Of a stretch of 64,000 nt of DNA, positions 59,738-64,000 are shown in pieces. This stretch comes from Eledone cirrhosa. Taxonomy: Eukaryota. Position 1 is the stretch's first letter, and each line of letters begins with the position of its first letter. Both the position numbers and the translations under genes were made by a program. The DNA lies in contig OZ024740.1 of NCBI GenBank assembly GCA_964016885.1, forward strand, positions 264,678,001-264,742,000, written 5' to 3'. The notes beneath the pieces were generated by a model. The model worked only from the letters and a program-made list of their open reading frames with translations. It had not been told where the DNA came from and ran no database searches.

Positions 59738-60033
59738 ACCCTATATATTTATATAGATATAAATATGTATATATATACATATATATAGATAGAGGGAGAG
59801 ACTACCCGTGAGTCGTTGGGTCACGTTCACTTCAAAATATTTTTTTTTAAAATCATTTTCAAATAATTAAAATATACACAGGCATGTATATAATGTGGAA
59901 TGAGACTGGAAGGTCCATATATATACGTCTGTGTATATATATATATAAAAATGTATGAGTGTGTATACATATATATTATATGTATGTGTGTATATATATG
60001 TTGGTATCTGTGATATTTATACACTGGTCATAG

Positions 60034-60087
<54 letters not shown>

Positions 60088-60204
60088 ACACACTCCCACA
60101 CATATATACACAACAACACCACCAGCTACAATCTCTTCCATTTTCGTTCTTTCTCTGTCTCCTCTCCCTCTCTCTATGTGTCTCTTTAAATCTACTCTGG
60201 TGCT

Positions 60205-60670
<466 letters not shown>

Positions 60671-60862
60671 TATATATATATATATATATATATGTATAAC
60701 AAAATAAGATGCTGAGGTTACATATATCGTATAATCATTATAATTATTTCCACGATTCTCCATGCAGTCGAGATGTTTGATGTTGATTATGAGAACGGTA
60801 TTCTCGGTTGAAAATCGTTATGTTTGATATGTCGCTGGCAGGAAAAATCCCACGTCTTGATG

Positions 60863-62232
60863 CCTCTCTGCCCAGCATACATATGAGTTCCCTGAATGGT
60901 TTGCCCGCCGTCTTGTTTGCTAGAAAAAGCTATCAACGAAAAATATGAAAAGAACGAAGAACTGTGTGTAGCCAGAACCCAGTAGACAGTGGAAGCAATA
61001 CATGGAACTCTGAGGGGGGGGGGGATATATATTTATAGTGGACAGCCACCTATAGACAACAACAACAACAACACCAACGACAACACCAATAATGACAATA
61101 ACATCAAACCGCCGACCAAAGTTGTCCACACTGGTCGCAATAGTCGTAGTGATACCACCACCCTATTGACATCAACAACTAAAACAACAGCTACAGTAAA
61201 AACACTTACAACGACAACAACAGCAACAACCGACAACAACAGCAAAAACACAGACCAGCGTCGTGTATACAGGCCGCAGCAGTCACAGTGATGGTACCAC
61301 CCTGTCGACAATAAACAGCGATAACGTCAAAGCAATAAAAAGGATTTCAGAGGTAGGTGGGTACACAGAGTTGGTGGTATCAATCACCATGACCATATAT
61401 AGCAACAACAACAATGGTAACGACAACAAGCACCAACACCGCCCATCACCCACGCCATTGGTCGTAGTAGTGCTGGTATCATTTATATTAGTATTAAGCC
61501 ATTGGTAACACCACCAACAACAACAACAAACAACACCAGTGATGATCCAACTACGGCGACGGTGGCAACAGGAAAAAGGAAAAGGCCACGCTTCTATGAA
61601 AAATATACTAACCACAATACTAGTCCATTGAAACAAGGAAGTAAAAATGGGATAGAAACATAGATGGGTATTTATATATATAAACAAATGCACAGTTAAT
61701 ACAGTCCCCTCTATCATTCTAAGGCACAAGGCTAGCAATAATTATAGCATTCAGTGGCAACAATATTATTGAAGGGCTGTTAGGCTATGGAAGAGAGTTA
61801 CGGGAAACGAAAGTAGGGACAGGAACAAACAGATAAGAAATCGAAAACACATAGAGAACACAATAATAAAAGAACGGGACAAAAAAAATACAAAAAACAA
61901 CAGTAGGTATTTAAACAGAGAAATAAAGAACAAGGGACAAGAAACATGTACACACACAGAGACTCCAGGTGTACAAACAAAATATTCAAGGTTCGCCTGA
62001 CGCTGGGGTTGTTGCGTGGCCACGCCCGGCTTCCACGGTCAAGTTTGCAATAGTCTTCAACTAGTACAACTATGTTGTTAGTCCGTACAGTTTGAGGAAG
62101 GTTCCAGATGATCTGTTGAGGCAGGTGGTGAAGAGGTTCCTCCTTTTGTTGATTACTCGAGCTCCTCTCTAGCAAACACGACGGCTGGCAAACCCTTCAA
62201 GGAACTCATATGTATGCTGGACAGAGAGAAGC
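60863..62232. mobile_element. ~1.37 kb segment bounded by ~68 bp imperfect inverted repeats
   Basis: 60863-60931 GCCTCTCTGCCCAGCATACATATGAGTTCC..GTTTGCTAGA..AGCT matches the reverse complement of 62160-62232. Confidence 0.65.
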
Positions 62233-62666
62233 TTTATAAACACTGAAATCCTCAGCTCCTGAGGAATTTAAAACAGACTAATAAGTCTTTGAAAGTTAAG
62301 TTTGTCATTGTTGAGGACAGTTCAAGTAGCAGAGCATTAGTTTTCAAAATGACAAAAGACCAAGGTAAACAAATTAAATCAATTCTTTAATTTCTACGTC
62401 AATTTCAATACGATTACAAAAGCACATTACAAACAATCGGAAATAATTAAGTAGCAATCATTAACACTATACATAATACATATAACTGCATTTCTTCAGG
62501 AAATATAAGAAGGAACAACATTTTCCAAATTTAATAAGAGTACACCCCATATCAGCACTGAGTGTAAACAAGCAATTACATATGAAAGCATATTGTTCAT
62601 TAAGATTTTGTAATGTGCAAAATTATAGGTTTGGGTGAAAAGCATTACAATATTTATAATATTGAA

Positions 62667-62852
62667 TTGGCAGTATCGGTTGAGGGTCGGACGCCATGCT
62701 TTGACGCATAGAGTTACGGCCCTTGCCATTCTGAGTTCAAATCCCGCCGAGGTTAACTTTGCCTTTCATCCTTACGGGGTCGATAAAATAAAGTACCAGT
62801 AATACACTAGGTATTTGCTGGCCTTGTGCCAAAAGTAGAAACAATTATTATT
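62667..62852 (+). mobile_element. SINE family 1, near-consensus copy
   Basis: A box, B box, core and (ATT) tail. Confidence 0.92.
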
Positions 62853-64000
62853 AATTTGCTTATACATTTAGAATAATATTAGTTGCTAGATTTGCAGTAG
62901 TGTAATTTATTTAAGAGGTAGTGGTAAGTTTACTGCGACAACTTAAATACTACTTCATGCAGATATTTCTGTCAAAATAATTTATGTAATATACTTTTGT
63001 ATTTTGAGGGCATGATTATTAATTGTTATATTTTGGTTGTTTCGGTTGTCGTAAATGGAAGGTATCTATGGAAGAGTCCATAAGCGGATTTACAATTAGT
63101 TTATTGTTCGTTGCTTTGCATGCTCTCCAATTCTTCATCGACAATAGTACTACAAAAACTGGGCCCGACCTTGCACACTTTATCAGAACCTTACGTAATA
63201 GGTTGGTCTACTGAAATAGCAAACAAATTTCCCCCAATTCACACTGTGTCGTTTTAAACTGGAAAGGCCTATTTGAAAACTTAATCCTATATACACTAAG
63301 CCCGAATTACGATGGTATGATAGTATCGGTGATGCTTTGGTCACAATGTTTCTATGAATAACCAACAACTGCGAGAAACATATCAGGTTTACTTTTTTAA
63401 ATGACGGAAGTATATTTGTGTCTTGATCTCTCCCTCTTCTATAGAATGTACGAAGTGATATTTGTTCTTCTTTATTAATCGTATTTTATTTTTCATAGCT
63501 CTTTATTCAAAACCAAAACACACTATTAAAGGAGATAAAAAAAACAAAAAAAAAAACATTACATGTGATACCAATCATAGTTAACGATTTTCTCTGTATC
63601 TACAAATATTTACAATGAGGATTTAATCTGTACAATGTCATAACAACTATAATGAATGTGTACCTGAGCGCCACACGACATGTGGTTTCAATTTCAGAAG
63701 AATCGTATAATGGCGTATAAACTAATATATATAACAGCAAATACCGTACACCACGTGGTATTTAGCCTTCCAAAAACATGAAGATTTATCATTTACATCA
63801 CCGTGTTGACATGACGAAATGATCGATAAGTGTAAATTAAAGAAAACAGATTTTCTGTGTGTATCGTGTGTATTTAAATGGTTAAAATACCTCTTCTACT
63901 ATGTAATTGCTTTATTTCCAATGCATCGTCGCAAATAAAGTCACTTACCAGACAAGTAAAACATTGATATAATATAAAACAATAAATTTAAGCTGCTTGA

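Noticed and set aside
60989-61738. Thr/Asn-rich mucin-like ORFs
   Set aside because: Degenerate (AAC)n low complexity, open on both strands, no splice support
63100-63212. Minus-strand exon candidate after TTTCAG
   Set aside because: In-frame stop and no recognisable homology

Overview
AT-rich, microsatellite-saturated eukaryotic DNA, probably intergenic or intronic. The dominant SINE and the (TA)n/(CA)n/(GA)n load suggest a cephalopod such as Octopus (inference). No intact host gene is recognisable, and almost all listed ORFs are microsatellite artefacts. Recognisable elements are a decayed Helitron Rep/PIF1 fragment (1-1410), a complete non-autonomous Helitron (18800-19846), an RTE LINE with a twin-priming 5' inversion (3999-4957), a 5'-truncated Neptune-like Penelope-like element (PLE; RT + GIY-YIG, 55586-57872), 3' ends of a CR1/L2-group LINE, about 20 copies of a tRNA-derived SINE, and mariner/pogo-type MITEs. 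The main unexplained structure is that many short non-repetitive islands between (TA)n tracts are 3' remnants of many different PLE-like families. About 19 type I hammerhead ribozyme motifs can be read by eye, many with palindromic stem III and several with a U.U pair closing stem II. About 20 islands are asymmetric fold-backs, and in several families the inversion or truncation point lies at or inside the hammerhead. All alignments and folds were done by eye, so coordinates may be off by a few bases.
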